A stretch of 64,000 nt of DNA, from NCBI GenBank assembly GCA_004322135.1, contig SCSG01000020.1:192498-256497 (forward strand), read 5' to 3'. Source of the stretch: Burkholderiaceae bacterium (GTDB taxonomy: Bacteria; Pseudomonadota; Gammaproteobacteria; Burkholderiales; Burkholderiaceae_B). The position numbers and the translations under genes were made by a program. This document shows positions 31,881 to 42,517 of this stretch, piece after piece. Numbering within the stretch: position 1 is the first letter of the stretch; the number at the start of each line of letters is the position of its first letter. The notes below the pieces were generated by a model, which worked only from the letters and a program-made list of their open reading frames with translations, was not told the origin of the DNA and made no database searches.

Positions 31881-34217
31881 ATGAATATTGTTTGCATAGG
31901 CGGTGGACCCGCCGGCTTGTATTTTGGCTTGTTGATGAAGCTTAGCGACCCCAAGCACGAGGTCACGGTCATTGAGCGCAACCGCCCTTATGACACCTTT
32001 GGCTGGGGTGTGGTTTTTTCCGATGCCACGCTTCAAAACCTGAAAGAAGCCGATCCATCTTCTGCCGCTGAAATCATCGAAGCGTTCAATCACTGGGACG
32101 ATATTGCCATCCATTACAAGGGCCGGACCATTCGCAGTGGCGGCCACGGCTTCATTGGCATCGGGCGTAAAAAGCTGCTGAATATCCTGCAGGCCCGCTG
32201 TGAAAAGGTGGGCGTCAAGCTTGTTTTCGAAACCGAGGTCAGTGACGATCAGGCTATTGCCGAGCAATACAACGCCGATATCGTCATCGCATCCGATGGT
32301 CTGAACAGTCGCATCCGCTCCCGTTATCAGGATGCCTACAAGCCAGACATCGATACGCGCAACTGCCGCTTCGTGTGGCTTGGTACCAAGCAGACGTTCG
32401 ACGCCTTTACCTTCGCGTTTGTCAATACCGAGCACGGGTGGTTTCAGGCGCATGCCTATCAGTTCGAACCCGGGATGTCGACGTTCATTGTGGAAACCCT
32501 GGACAGTACCTGGCAGGCGGCCGGCATCGACAAGATGAGTCAGGAAGATGGCATTGCCTATTGCGAGCGGCTGTTTTCCCCGTGGCTGGGCGGCAACCCC
32601 CTGATCAGCAACGCGACACATCTGCGCGGTTCGGCAATCTGGATTCGTTTCCCCCGGGTCATTTGCGACACGTGGGTACATGAACAGAAGCTGCCCAATG
32701 GCCGAACTGTACCGGTGGTGCTGATGGGTGATGCGGCACATACCGCGCATTTTTCCATTGGTTCGGGTACCAAACTCGCGCTGGAAGACGCCATCGAGCT
32801 GCGTCGCTCCATTCTGGCGCATAACAACGATCTGGCAGCGGGCCTGGCCCATTATCAGGATGTGCGCAGCATCGAAGTGCTTAGAATTCAGAATGCCGCG
32901 CGCAACTCTACCGAATGGTTCGAGAACGTGGAACGGTACGCGGGGTTCGAGCCCGAACAGTTCTCTTATTCACTGCTTACCCGTTCGCAGCGTATTTCGC
33001 ACGAAAATCTGCGTCTGCGCGACCCCGTATGGCTTGAAGGCTACGAACGCTGGTTGTCGGGCAAGCATGATGCACAGGCCAGCGAACGTCCCGTACCGCC
33101 CATGCATACGCCGTTCAAGTTGCGCAGTTTGTCGTTGAAGAACCGCATCGTGGTTTCACCCATGGCTATGTACTCCTGCAAGGACGGTGTGCCGGGTGAC
33201 TTCCATCTGGTCCATCTGGGCGCACGCGCCATGGGTGGCGCCGGGCTGGTCATGGTCGAAATGACGTGCGTTTCACCCGAGGCGCGCATCACCCCGGGGT
33301 GCCCGGGAATGTGGAATGACACGCAGGCTGCGGCGTTCAAGCGCATCGTCGATTTCGTCCACACCAACAGCGACGCCAAAATCGGCATTCAGCTTGGCCA
33401 TGCGGGCCGCAAGGCTTCAACCCGGGTAAGCTGGGAAGGCACCGATCTTCCTTTGCTCGAGGACAACTGGCCAATCGTGTCGGCGTCGGCCCTGCCGTAT
33501 ATCGAGGGTGTGTCGCAAGTACCGCAGGCCATGACGCACGAACAGATGGACGAAGTCCTGGATGAGTTCGTCGTGTCCACACGCAGGGTGTTGGCGGCTG
33601 GGTTCGATCTGCTCGAGCTGCACTGTGCGCACGGCTATTTGTTGTCGTCGTTCATTTCGCCCCTTACCAACTTGCGTACGGACGAGTACGGCGGTTCGCT
33701 GGAAAATCGCCTGCGCTATCCGCTGGCAATTTTCAGGGCCATGCGCAAAGTGTGGCCTGAACACTTGCCCATGTCGGTGCGTATTTCCGCGCACGACTGG
33801 GTCGAAGGCGGCATCACGCCGGACGACGCAGTTGAAATTGCCCGTTATTTCAAAGAAGCCGGTGTCGATCTTGTCGATTGCTCTTCGGGCCAGGTCAGCA
33901 AGGCCGAACACCCCGTGTATGGGCGCATGTTTCAAACCCCGTTCTCGGATCGGGTGCGCAACGAGGCCGGTGTTTCGACGATGGCCGTCGGTGCCATTTT
34001 CGACGCCGATCATGTCAACAGCATTATTGCATCGGGCCGCGCCGATCTGTGTGCCCTGGCCCGCCCGCATCTCGCGGACGCCGCCTGGACCTTGCGCGAA
34101 TCGGCACGCATTGGCTACACCAACGTTGCATGGCCCAAGCAGTATTTCCCGGCCAAACGTCAGCTGGAAACTAATTTCGAGAGGGCGGCTGCATACGCGC
34201 AGTCGATGGGGAAATGA
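31881..34217 (+). CDS. bifunctional FAD-monooxygenase / Old-Yellow-Enzyme-type NADH:flavin reductase (2-aminobenzoyl-CoA monooxygenase/reductase or salicylyl-CoA 5-hydroxylase family)
   Basis: 778 aa. The N-terminal domain has [13 protein letters not shown] and ...[25 protein letters not shown]. The C-terminal OYE domain has [27 protein letters not shown] lies upstream of the ATG at 31881. Confidence 0.85.
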   Translation: MNIVCIGGGPAGLYFGLLMKLSDPKHEVTVIERNRPYDTFGWGVVFSDATLQNLKEADPSSAAEIIEAFNHWDDIAIHYKGRTIRSGGHGFIGIGRKKLLNILQARCEKVGVKLVFETEVSDDQAIAEQYNADIVIASDGLNSRIRSRYQDAYKPDIDTRNCRFVWLGTKQTFDAFTFAFVNTEHGWFQAHAYQFEPGMSTFIVETLDSTWQAAGIDKMSQEDGIAYCERLFSPWLGGNPLISNATHLRGSAIWIRFPRVICDTWVHEQKLPNGRTVPVVLMGDAAHTAHFSIGSGTKLALEDAIELRRSILAHNNDLAAGLAHYQDVRSIEVLRIQNAARNSTEWFENVERYAGFEPEQFSYSLLTRSQRISHENLRLRDPVWLEGYERWLSGKHDAQASERPVPPMHTPFKLRSLSLKNRIVVSPMAMYSCKDGVPGDFHLVHLGARAMGGAGLVMVEMTCVSPEARITPGCPGMWNDTQAAAFKRIVDFVHTNSDAKIGIQLGHAGRKASTRVSWEGTDLPLLEDNWPIVSASALPYIEGVSQVPQAMTHEQMDEVLDEFVVSTRRVLAAGFDLLELHCAHGYLLSSFISPLTNLRTDEYGGSLENRLRYPLAIFRAMRKVWPEHLPMSVRISAHDWVEGGITPDDAVEIARYFKEAGVDLVDCSSGQVSKAEHPVYGRMFQTPFSDRVRNEAGVSTMAVGAIFDADHVNSIIASGRADLCALARPHLADAAWTLRESARIGYTNVAWPKQYFPAKRQLETNFERAAAYAQSMGK

Positions 34218-34996
34218 GCGTCACGCAGGCGCCGCGCCATGCGCTGGTTACGGGTGCGTCGCGCGGCATAGGCTATGCGGTTGCGCGGCAGCTGCTTGAG
34301 GACGGCGCGCGCGTTACGCTGCTTGGGCGGGGAGAGGAATCCCTGCGACAGGCCAGCGAAAGCCTTGCGGCGTTTGGCGAGGTGTCGTTCGCCAGCGCCG
34401 ACATTTCTCGCCAGACCGACGTGCGCAAAGCGTTCGAACAGGCGGCAGCGCGTTTCGGTGTCGTCGACATACTGGTCAACAACGCCGGGCAGGCAGTAAG
34501 CGAACGGTTCGACCGGCTTGACGAAGCGGCGTGGGACAAGATGATAGCTGTCAATCTTACCGGCACGTTCCATTGCATTCAGGCGGCCTTGCCTGGAATG
34601 CTGGCCCAGCAGTGGGGGCGTGTCGTCAACGTGGTCAGCACTGCCGGCCTCGTTGGCTATGCGTATGTCTCGGCCTACTGTGCCGCCAAGCACGGGGTAA
34701 TAGGCCTCACGCGTTCGCTGGCTCTTGAAGTGGCGAAAAAGGGCATAACCGTCAACGCGGTTTGTCCGGGCTATACCGAAACCGATCTGGTTCAGGAAGC
34801 CATTGAAAACATCATGAAGAAGACCGGCATGAACCGTGACGAGGCCAAGGGCCGGCTGGCCAAGGGCAACCCACAAGGAAAGCTTGTGCAACCTGCCGAA
34901 GTGGCCAGTGCCGTCGCGTGGTTGTGCCAGCCCGGTGCTTCGGCCGTGAACGGCCAGTCCATCCCTGTTGACGGCGGCGAAGTAATGGCCGGTTAG
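34214..34996 (+). CDS. short-chain dehydrogenase/reductase (3-hydroxyacyl-CoA dehydrogenase-like)
   Basis: [12 protein letters not shown] and YxxxK (YCAAK). ATGA overlap with the preceding gene. Confidence 0.87.
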   Translation: MSVTQAPRHALVTGASRGIGYAVARQLLEDGARVTLLGRGEESLRQASESLAAFGEVSFASADISRQTDVRKAFEQAAARFGVVDILVNNAGQAVSERFDRLDEAAWDKMIAVNLTGTFHCIQAALPGMLAQQWGRVVNVVSTAGLVGYAYVSAYCAAKHGVIGLTRSLALEVAKKGITVNAVCPGYTETDLVQEAIENIMKKTGMNRDEAKGRLAKGNPQGKLVQPAEVASAVAWLCQPGASAVNGQSIPVDGGEVMAG

Positions 34997-35026
34997 CCGC
35001 CATGGCATCCAAAAAGGAAAACACTT

Positions 35027-35881
35027 ATGACTCAAACCACCGAACATAGCATGGCCCATCACCGCCAGCCGGCGGCCGGCTATAAGCCCCGTAATTTTTT
35101 ATGGAGCGTGTCCAACGATTCCAAGGTAGCCACCATCACCCTGAATCGCCCAGAGCGCAAGAATCCGCTTACATTTGAATCGTATGCCGAACTGCGTGAT
35201 CTGTTCCGCCGTCTGGTGTATGCAAGCGACATCAAGATCGTGGTGGTGACGGGTGCGGGGGGCAATTTTTGCTCCGGTGGTGACGTGCACGAAATCATCG
35301 GACCGCTGACCAAAATGGCCATGCCGCAACTGCTTGAATTCACGCGCATGACCGGTGATCTGGTCAAGTCCATGCGCGGCTGCCCGCAGCCCATCATTGC
35401 CGCCGTCGACGGCATTTGCGCCGGCGCCGGTGCGCTCATGGCGCTGGCCTCCGACTTTCGTCTTGGCACGCCGCAGGCTCGTACGGCGTTCCTTTTTACG
35501 CGCGTTGGCCTGGCTGGCTGCGATATGGGCGCCTGCGCGATGTTACCGCGCATGATTGGCCAGGGGCGGGCTTCCGAGTTGCTGTATACCGGCCGTTCCA
35601 TGACCGCCCAGGAAGGGCAGGCGTGGGGGTTTTTTAATGGCCTGCATGAACAGGGGGTTCTGCTTGATGAAGCGCAGAAGCTCGCGCGGCAACTGGCGGA
35701 TGGCCCCACTTTTGCTCATGGCATCACCAAGAAAATGCTGCATCAGGAATGGAATATGGGTGTCGACGAGGCTATCGAGTCCGAAGCGCAGGCCCAGGCC
35801 ATATGCATGCAGACCAACGATTTCCGCCGAGCCTACGAGGCGTTCGTTGCCAAACAAAAGCCGCAGTTCGAGGGGGATTGA
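35027..35881 (+). CDS. enoyl-CoA hydratase/isomerase family protein
   Basis: Crotonase fold ([12 protein letters not shown]...[16 protein letters not shown]...[14 protein letters not shown]). Confidence 0.87.
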   Translation: MTQTTEHSMAHHRQPAAGYKPRNFLWSVSNDSKVATITLNRPERKNPLTFESYAELRDLFRRLVYASDIKIVVVTGAGGNFCSGGDVHEIIGPLTKMAMPQLLEFTRMTGDLVKSMRGCPQPIIAAVDGICAGAGALMALASDFRLGTPQARTAFLFTRVGLAGCDMGACAMLPRMIGQGRASELLYTGRSMTAQEGQAWGFFNGLHEQGVLLDEAQKLARQLADGPTFAHGITKKMLHQEWNMGVDEAIESEAQAQAICMQTNDFRRAYEAFVAKQKPQFEGD

Positions 35882-37051
35882 ATGAGCGAGTTCGACTGGG
35901 CCGAATGGCCATTCTTTGACGACCGTCACCGCGAGCTGGCCAGCGAGCTTGACGCCTGGTGCTCCAGTACGCTGCACGGCATCGATCATTCCGATACCGA
36001 TGCCGCATGCCGGCATCTGGTAAGGGCGCTGGGTTCGGCGGACTGGCTGCGCATTGCCGTGCCGCAAGGGCCCAACGGCGCCTGGGGTGGTCGCTGGCCC
36101 GAAATAGATTCGCGTTCGCTGTGCATCATGCGCGAGACGCTGGCACGCTACGACGCGCTGGCCGACTTTGCGTTTGCCATGCAGGGGCTGGGCAGTGGCG
36201 CCATTTCCATCGCCGGTAGCGACGAGCTGCGCCAGCGCTATCTGCCGAGGGTGTCCAGCGGTCAGGCCATCGCCGCGTTTGCGCTATCCGAGCCCGACGC
36301 AGGCTCGGATGTGGCGGCCATGTCCTGCCAGGCTGTGCTTGATGGCGATTCGTACGTCCTCAACGGCGAGAAGACCTGGATTTCCAACGGTGGAATTGCC
36401 GACTTCTATTGTCTTTTCGCGCGCACCGGCGAAGCCCCGGGGGCCCGTGGAATTTCGGCCTTTGTGGTCGATGCCGGCACGCCGGGCTTTTCAATTGCCG
36501 AACGCATCGACGTCATGGCACCGCATCCATTGGCCAGGCTGCACTTCGACCAGTGCCGCATCCCCGCATCGCAGCGGTTGGGCAACAGTGGTCAGGGATT
36601 CAAGATTGCCATGATGACGCTCGACATATTTCGTGCGTCTGTGGCGGCGGCGGCGCTGGGCTTTGCGCGCCGCGCGCTGGCTGAAGGTCTGGCGCGAGCC
36701 AAGTCGCGGAAAATGTTCGGCCAGACTTTGGGAGACTTGCAACTGACTCAGGCCGCGCTGGGTGACATGGCCACCGAAATCGATGCGGCGGCGCTTCTGA
36801 CATATCGGGCGGCGTGGCTGCGTGACGTGAAGGGCGTGCGGACTACCCGCGAGGCGGCCATGGCCAAAATGGCAGCAACCGAGTCCGCACAGCGCGTCAT
36901 CGACCGGGCGCTGCAAATGTTTGGTGGCGAAGGGGTTGTTTCGGGTAGGCCGGTTGAAAAGCTGTATCGTGATATTCGGGCCCTGCGTATTTATGAAGGG
37001 GCAACCGAAGTACAAAAACTCATTATTGCCCGCGAGCTGATGAAAGAATAG
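35882..37051 (+). CDS. acyl-CoA dehydrogenase family protein
   Basis: 389 aa with [20 protein letters not shown] and the C-terminal [16 protein letters not shown]. Confidence 0.9.
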   Translation: MSEFDWAEWPFFDDRHRELASELDAWCSSTLHGIDHSDTDAACRHLVRALGSADWLRIAVPQGPNGAWGGRWPEIDSRSLCIMRETLARYDALADFAFAMQGLGSGAISIAGSDELRQRYLPRVSSGQAIAAFALSEPDAGSDVAAMSCQAVLDGDSYVLNGEKTWISNGGIADFYCLFARTGEAPGARGISAFVVDAGTPGFSIAERIDVMAPHPLARLHFDQCRIPASQRLGNSGQGFKIAMMTLDIFRASVAAAALGFARRALAEGLARAKSRKMFGQTLGDLQLTQAALGDMATEIDAAALLTYRAAWLRDVKGVRTTREAAMAKMAATESAQRVIDRALQMFGGEGVVSGRPVEKLYRDIRALRIYEGATEVQKLIIARELMKE

Positions 37052-37111
37052 CGGCTCGCGTGAGGCATCACATTGAAGTTGCAGCTTAGCTTGGAAATAC
37101 AGGAGATTAAT

Positions 37112-38755
37112 ATGGAAAAATCAGGACATACCGATACGTTTGCGCGCGACCATCTGCCGCCGTTGTCCGAGTGGCCCGAATTGCTGCTCAATGGTAATCC
37201 CGATGTGGCTTATCCCGCGCGCCTGAATTGCGCGGTCGAACTGGTGGATGCGCTGGTCGAGCAAGGCAAGGGCGAGCGTATTGCGTTGTATTGGCGCGAA
37301 GGCACTGAACAAAAAAGCATGACCTATCGCCGGCTCATGCAGTTGACCAATCAGATTGCCCACGTGCTCGTCGAAGACATGGAGCTGGAGCCGGGCAATC
37401 GTATTCTGTTGCGCGGCCCGAACAACGTCATGATGGCTGCCAGCTGGCTGGCTGCGGTGAAGGCCGGTCTGGTTACCGTCCCCACGATGCCGCTGCTGCG
37501 CGCTACCGAGCTCAAGGCCGTCATCGACAAGGGCCAGGTCAGCGCCGTGTTGTGCGACAGGCGGTTGTCTGCCGAGGTAGAGTTCTGCCTGAAGGCGGAT
37601 CACCCGTCCTATTGCCCTACGCTTGCCCACGTGCGCTATTTTCACGATGAAGATTCCGAATCGCTTGATTCACTCGCCAGAAAGAAACCAGTCGATTTTC
37701 AGGCCTGCGATACGGCCATCGACGACGTCTGCCTGATTGCCTTCACCAGCGGCACGACGGGGCGCCCCAAGGGGTGCATGCAGTTTCATCGCGACGTTTT
37801 GGCCATGTGTGACACGTTTTCCAAGCATGTACTGCGCACCACGCCCGAGGACATTGTGTGCGGCACGCCACCGCTGGCGTTTACGTTCGGGTTGGGCGGG
37901 CTGCTGTGCTTTCCGCTGCGTGTGGGCGGGGCAACGATTCTTACCGAAAAAGTCACGCCCGACGAATTGCTGGCCACTGTCCAGGACTTTGGCGCAACCA
38001 TGGTATTTACCGCGCCGACCTTTTATCGGAAGATGGCGGCACTCGTCAGCCACTACAAGTTGTCCAGCATGAAGAAAACCGTTTCGGCGGGCGAGGCGTT
38101 GCCCGATGCGACGCGTCAGCTCTGGAGGCAGGCCAGCGGCATCGAGATGATAGATGGCATAGGCGGCACCGAGATGATCCACGTTTACGTGTCGAGTCGC
38201 CCCGAAGAAGTGCGTCGCGGGGCCATTGGCACGGTGGTGCCCGGCTACATCGCGCAGGTGGTGGACGAAAATCTGAAGCCTGTGCCGTACGGCACAGTGG
38301 GACGCCTTGCCGTAAAGGGGCCTACGGGCTGCCGCTATCTCGACGACGAGCGCCAGCGCGTTTTTGTGCAAGATGGCTGGAACTTCCCTGGCGATACCTT
38401 TGCCATGGACGAAGACGGTTATCTGTATTACCAGGCGCGCAACGACGACATGATTGTGTCGGCGGGCTACAACATTGCCGGGCCGGAAGTCGAAGATGCC
38501 TTGCTGACCCACAAGGCCGTGGCAGAGTGCGGGGTTGTGGGGGTACCGGATGAAAATCGCGGCAATATTGTCAAGGCCTATGTTGTTCTGAAGCCTGGCT
38601 TCGAGGGCGACGACGCGCTGGTCAAGGCTCTGCAGGAACATGTCAAGGCGGCCATCGCTCCCTACAAGTACCCGCGCGCAGTCGAGTTTGTCACGACGCT
38701 GCCGCGCACCGAAACTGGCAAGCTGCAGCGGTTTGTGCTGCGGAAAAAGCACTGA
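37112..38755 (+). CDS. AMP-dependent aryl-CoA ligase (2-aminobenzoate/benzoate-CoA ligase-like)
   Basis: AMP-binding motif FTSGTTGRPKG, ...GDTFAMDEDGYLYYQARNDDMI... and a C-terminal GKLQRF. AGGAG lies 6 nt upstream of the ATG at 37112. Confidence 0.86.
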   Translation: MEKSGHTDTFARDHLPPLSEWPELLLNGNPDVAYPARLNCAVELVDALVEQGKGERIALYWREGTEQKSMTYRRLMQLTNQIAHVLVEDMELEPGNRILLRGPNNVMMAASWLAAVKAGLVTVPTMPLLRATELKAVIDKGQVSAVLCDRRLSAEVEFCLKADHPSYCPTLAHVRYFHDEDSESLDSLARKKPVDFQACDTAIDDVCLIAFTSGTTGRPKGCMQFHRDVLAMCDTFSKHVLRTTPEDIVCGTPPLAFTFGLGGLLCFPLRVGGATILTEKVTPDELLATVQDFGATMVFTAPTFYRKMAALVSHYKLSSMKKTVSAGEALPDATRQLWRQASGIEMIDGIGGTEMIHVYVSSRPEEVRRGAIGTVVPGYIAQVVDENLKPVPYGTVGRLAVKGPTGCRYLDDERQRVFVQDGWNFPGDTFAMDEDGYLYYQARNDDMIVSAGYNIAGPEVEDALLTHKAVAECGVVGVPDENRGNIVKAYVVLKPGFEGDDALVKALQEHVKAAIAPYKYPRAVEFVTTLPRTETGKLQRFVLRKKH

Positions 38756-38825
38756 TGCCATGGCAGCCCCGGGGCACGACATCCCGTGCCCGGTGTTGCC
38801 GGATGGCCGTTGTGTTTGAGACGCA

Positions 38826-38854
38826 CCGAAAGGGTGTTCCTTTCGGGTTTAATT
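38826..38854 (+). terminator. candidate intrinsic terminator after the CoA ligase gene
   Basis: CCGAAAGG-gtgtt-CCTTTCGG (8-bp stem) followed by GTTTAATT. A second hairpin GGGCACG-acatcc-CGTGCCC lies at about 38771-38790. Confidence 0.45.
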
Positions 38855-38912
38855 GTTACGGCAGGTGCGCACCAGTAAGCAAGCGCCATCGCTGAATTGA
38901 CACGAGGACGAT

Positions 38913-39323
38913 ATGAAAATTTTGCAGCCGCCCAATTGGGCAGCCCCGCGTGGTTACGCAAACGGCACTATGGCGGAACTGGCTGTCGGAAGCCGCATCC
39001 TGTTTATCGGCGGCCAGATAGGCTGGAACGCAGAGCAGAAGTTTGAAAGCGATGATCTGGCCGAGCAGGTCGGTCAGGCGCTGCGAAACATCAAGGCCAT
39101 CCTGGCCGAAGGCGGTGCCGGCCCCGAACACATGGCGCGTATGACGTGGTATGTGCGTGACAGGCACGAGTATGTCAGCGCCTTGCGCGACATCGGCAAG
39201 CATTATCGTGACGTCATGGGCAAGAATTTTCCGGCCATGACGGCGATCGAAGTGGCGGCACTGGTCGAAGATCGTGCCCGGGTCGAGATCGAAGTAACGG
39301 CGGTTGTGCCGTCGGCCGCCTAG
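38913..39323 (+). CDS. RidA/YjgF family enamine/imine deaminase
   Basis: 136 aa with [10 protein letters not shown]... and ...[10 protein letters not shown]. Its stop overlaps the hemL stop (CTAG). Confidence 0.85.
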   Translation: MKILQPPNWAAPRGYANGTMAELAVGSRILFIGGQIGWNAEQKFESDDLAEQVGQALRNIKAILAEGGAGPEHMARMTWYVRDRHEYVSALRDIGKHYRDVMGKNFPAMTAIEVAALVEDRARVEIEVTAVVPSAA

Positions 39324-40603
39324 CGTCGCATCTGGGCAAACACCTCCTGCGCGGCGTCCAGTGTTGTCTGAATGACCTGGTCGTCGTGTGCGGCGGAAAC
39401 GAATCCGGCTTCGAAGGTAGAGGGCGCAAAGTATATGCCCTTGGCCAGCATCGCATGAAAGAATTTCCCGAATTGCTCGGTATTGCCGGTAACCGCGTCG
39501 GCGTATGAAGTGGGAATCTTCGCACTGAAATACATTCCGAACATGCCGCCTATCTGGTCGGCCTGGAATGTGATGCCGGCCACCGCGGCACGCTCGACCA
39601 GACCCTTGACGAGCTTTTGTGTCTGAGCCTCGAGGTTTTCGTAAAAGCCGGGTTGCGACAATAATTCGAGAGTCGCCAGGCCCGCCGCCACGGCCACCGG
39701 GTTGCCCGACAGCGTGCCGGCCTGGTAGACGGGGCCCAGCGGGGCGATGTAATCCATGATTTCGGCACGTCCGCCGAATGCGCCGACCGGCATGCCGCCC
39801 CCAATGATTTTGGCCAGGGTCGTGAGGTCGGGCGTGATGCCCGTCAGCCCCTGGACGCCTTGCGGTCCGACGCGAAAGCCTGTCATGACTTCGTCGAAGA
39901 CGAGCAGCGCTCCGTGCTGAGTGCACAGGTCGCGCAGACCCTGCAGGAAGCCTGGGGCCGGCTTGACGAGGTTCATGTTTCCGGCTACGGGCTCAATGAT
40001 GACGCAGGCTATTTCTCCGTTGTACGTTTTGAATGCTGCCTGCACGGCGTCGAGGTTGTTATAGGCAAGTACAAGCGTGTGCTGGATGAATTCGGGCGGC
40101 ACGCCCGCCGAGGTGGGGTTGCCGAACGTGAGCATGCCGGACCCGGCCTTGACCAACAGGCTGTCGGCATGGCCGTGGTAGCAACCCTCGAATTTGATGA
40201 TCTTCGGGCGCCCCGTATAGCCGCGCGCCAGCCGGATGGCTGTCATGGTGGCCTCGGTGCCAGAACTTACGAGGCGAATTTTTTCTATGGAAGGAATGCG
40301 CTTGGCGATGGCATTCGCAATCCTTGTTTCGCCCTCGGTGGGGGCGCCAAAGGAAAGGCCGTTGGCGGCGGCTTCCTGAACCGCGCGTACGACGTCGGGG
40401 TGGGCGTGGCCAACAATGGCGGGCCCCCAGGAACCCACATAGTCAATGTAGCGGGTGTCGTCGGCGTCCCACAAGTAGGGGCCCTGGGCGCGCGTGATGA
40501 AGCACGGTGCACCGCCCACTGAGCCAAACGCGCGCACTGGCGAGTTGACTCCGCCAGGGATGACTCGGCAGGCTTGTTCAAACAGGATGGTATTGCGGGA
40601 CAT
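39320..40603 (-). CDS. hemL: glutamate-1-semialdehyde 2,1-aminomutase
   Basis: 427 aa with [25 protein letters not shown] and a class-III aminotransferase core. Confidence 0.96.
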   Translation of the reverse strand: MSRNTILFEQACRVIPGGVNSPVRAFGSVGGAPCFITRAQGPYLWDADDTRYIDYVGSWGPAIVGHAHPDVVRAVQEAAANGLSFGAPTEGETRIANAIAKRIPSIEKIRLVSSGTEATMTAIRLARGYTGRPKIIKFEGCYHGHADSLLVKAGSGMLTFGNPTSAGVPPEFIQHTLVLAYNNLDAVQAAFKTYNGEIACVIIEPVAGNMNLVKPAPGFLQGLRDLCTQHGALLVFDEVMTGFRVGPQGVQGLTGITPDLTTLAKIIGGGMPVGAFGGRAEIMDYIAPLGPVYQAGTLSGNPVAVAAGLATLELLSQPGFYENLEAQTQKLVKGLVERAAVAGITFQADQIGGMFGMYFSAKIPTSYADAVTGNTEQFGKFFHAMLAKGIYFAPSTFEAGFVSAAHDDQVIQTTLDAAQEVFAQMRR

Positions 40604-40636
40604 GAGGGGAACTCTATAGACTGAAAGAAACGTGGT

Positions 40637-40662
40637 GTGCGCCGGCTAAAAGGCCGGTGCAC
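40637..40662 (-). terminator. 10-bp hairpin between thiE and hemL (possible terminator/attenuator)
   Basis: GTGCGCCGGC-taaaag-GCCGGTGCAC with one G-U pair. On the minus strand it is followed by CACGTTTCTTTC. Confidence 0.35.
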
Positions 40663-40668
40663 GTGGAT

Positions 40669-41322
40669 TCAGGCATTGAACAGGGCCTGGCAGCGAGACG
40701 CGGCAGCCAGGACGTCGGGCACCTTGAAGAGCCCGCTGATGACGGCGATGCTGTCGGCGCCGGCCTGGATGACAGCTGCTGCGTTTTCCGCAGTAATGCC
40801 GCCAATGGCGACGACCGCCGCGCGTGGCGTCTTTCCCTGGCCCTGCACGAGCCGTCGGCCTTCGCGCAGCGTGTCCAGCGTAGCCATCACTGCGCCCGGC
40901 TTGACCGAGGAAGGGTACATGGCGCCAAACGCAATGTAATCAACATCCTGGTCGAGCGCCTTGCGCGCGAGCTCGGGTTCGTTATAGCACGAGCAACCCA
41001 CGATGCGGGATGGCCCAAGGGCTTTACGCGCCTCGGCCAGGCTGCCATCGCCGCGCCCCAGGTGGACGCCGTCCGCGTGCGAAGCCAGGGCAAGGGGCAG
41101 GCTGTCGTTGATGATGAACAGGACGCCGTGCTGATTGCAACATTTGGCCAGCGTCAGGGCCTCTTGCAGATGTTCTGAATACGTTCCTGACTTGCGGCGC
41201 CATTGCAGGGCAACCATGCCGCCCTGGGCCGCCTCGGTGATGGCGGTGACAAGCTGATCGGTATTAAGCCATTCGGGCGTAATGCCATACAGGCCGCGTG
41301 GGAATCTCAACTGCGTGTTCAT
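40669..41322 (-). CDS. thiE: thiamine-phosphate synthase
   Basis: RGLYGITPEW..., ...HLGRGDG... and ...IAIGGIT.... Start trimmed to the ATG at 41322. ATGA overlap with the upstream ThiD-like gene. Confidence 0.88.
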   Translation of the reverse strand: MNTQLRFPRGLYGITPEWLNTDQLVTAITEAAQGGMVALQWRRKSGTYSEHLQEALTLAKCCNQHGVLFIINDSLPLALASHADGVHLGRGDGSLAEARKALGPSRIVGCSCYNEPELARKALDQDVDYIAFGAMYPSSVKPGAVMATLDTLREGRRLVQGQGKTPRAAVVAIGGITAENAAAVIQAGADSIAVISGLFKVPDVLAAASRCQALFNA

Positions 41323-42152
41323 GTTGTGGATCGGTTGATCAGGCGGCTGCCCATACCGGGTTGAAATGTGTTTGCCGCCAGTGGCCCGGCCAGCACCAGA
41401 GCATTTTCGACAGCCTTGGGCATGGCCACCCCTTTGCCCAGTTCGATCGTCAGCGCGCAGGACAGAGGGCCGTTGGCGTTGCTGGAATGCGTCGGCGGTG
41501 GTGCGGGCCGCTTCCAGTTGAACGTGGCTTGCTCGGGGCCGTGCAACAGGTACGCGCTTTGCCCCGGCCGGATGGGAAAGCCCGTGCTCAGCACCCATTG
41601 GGCCCCGTGTTCGAGCAGGGCTTGCGCCGGGCTGTCGGCAGAGGTTCGTTGCAACGGGCCGTCGGCTTTCCAGTGCGCAATGAGGCTGTGTTCAGCAAGA
41701 ACCAGATCGGTTTGTGGCAAGAGCAATTCGAACAGCGCCGCCATGATGTCGTCAGGGTCTTCGTCTTCGAGTATGGTGGTGTCGGGCAGCGCCTCGAGGT
41801 GCAGCACCAGCGGCACATGCGCATAGTCGGCGGCTATCTGTGCCAGGACCTGCACGGATTCAATGCTGTAAAGGCCCGAAACCTTGATTGCCTGTATATT
41901 CATGTCCTCGAGAAGACAGCGCGCCTGGTCGTCGATGAGCTCTGCGGGCATGAGCTGAATGTCTTCGGTGGATATGGTGTCCTGTACGTGGACTGCCGTG
42001 ATAGTGCTTAGCGCGTGTGCGCCCAGCCCGGCGCAGGTTACGGCGTCGGCAGGCAAATTGCCCGAGCCGCTTGGATCGAAGGGGCCTACAACAAGAACGA
42101 CCGTGGGGTTGGTATTTGACACAGATAAAGGGCTATCTAGAGGTATTTGCAC
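41319..42152 (-). CDS. ThiD-like (ribokinase-fold) protein, divergent hydroxymethylpyrimidine/phosphomethylpyrimidine kinase paralogue
   Basis: The N-terminal VVLVVGPFDPSGSGNLPAD aligns with ThiD G-DPSGGAGIQAD. The region equivalent to the ThiD THGTGC anion-hole motif reads SNANGPLSC. Confidence 0.6.
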   Translation of the reverse strand: MQIPLDSPLSVSNTNPTVVLVVGPFDPSGSGNLPADAVTCAGLGAHALSTITAVHVQDTISTEDIQLMPAELIDDQARCLLEDMNIQAIKVSGLYSIESVQVLAQIAADYAHVPLVLHLEALPDTTILEDEDPDDIMAALFELLLPQTDLVLAEHSLIAHWKADGPLQRTSADSPAQALLEHGAQWVLSTGFPIRPGQSAYLLHGPEQATFNWKRPAPPPTHSSNANGPLSCALTIELGKGVAMPKAVENALVLAGPLAANTFQPGMGSRLINRSTT

Positions 42153-42269
42153 GATCTTTGGTTAATATCAAAGATATCGTCATTGAGTTTAATAACATTG
42201 ACCCCATTCTAATGGAAGCGTCCGCGATTGGCAGAAATTCGCGCCCGATATTTTCAGAGAGTAACAAAC

Positions 42270-42434
42270 ATGCGTACCTGGATGTGCTTGATCTGCGGTT
42301 GGATCTATGATGAAGAGGCAGGCGTTCCTGAAGAAGGCATTGCCCCCGGAACGCGTTGGGAAGACGTCCCGCCGAACTGGGTGTGTCCCGAATGCGGTGC
42401 CCGCAAGGAAGATTTCGAACTGGTGGAAGTCTAG
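42270..42434 (+). CDS. rubredoxin
   Basis: 54 aa with two CxxC pairs, CLICGWIYDE and WVCPECG. Start trimmed to the ATG at 42270. Confidence 0.93.
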   Translation: MRTWMCLICGWIYDEEAGVPEEGIAPGTRWEDVPPNWVCPECGARKEDFELVEV

Positions 42435-42517
42435 GCGTCGCGGCTCAGTTCATTCACCTTATTGCCGCGGGTCTCGGATACAATAAATCACAGCGGCTTT
42501 GGCAAAGGAGGCGGGGA

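Noticed and set aside
42153-42269. A possible TPP (THI-box) riboswitch upstream of the ThiD-like/thiE genes.
   Set aside because: Neither strand contains the conserved CUGAGA ... ACCUGAUCUGGAUAAUGCCAGCG-type core. Only a CUGAAA lookalike is present. An Infernal scan would be the decisive test.
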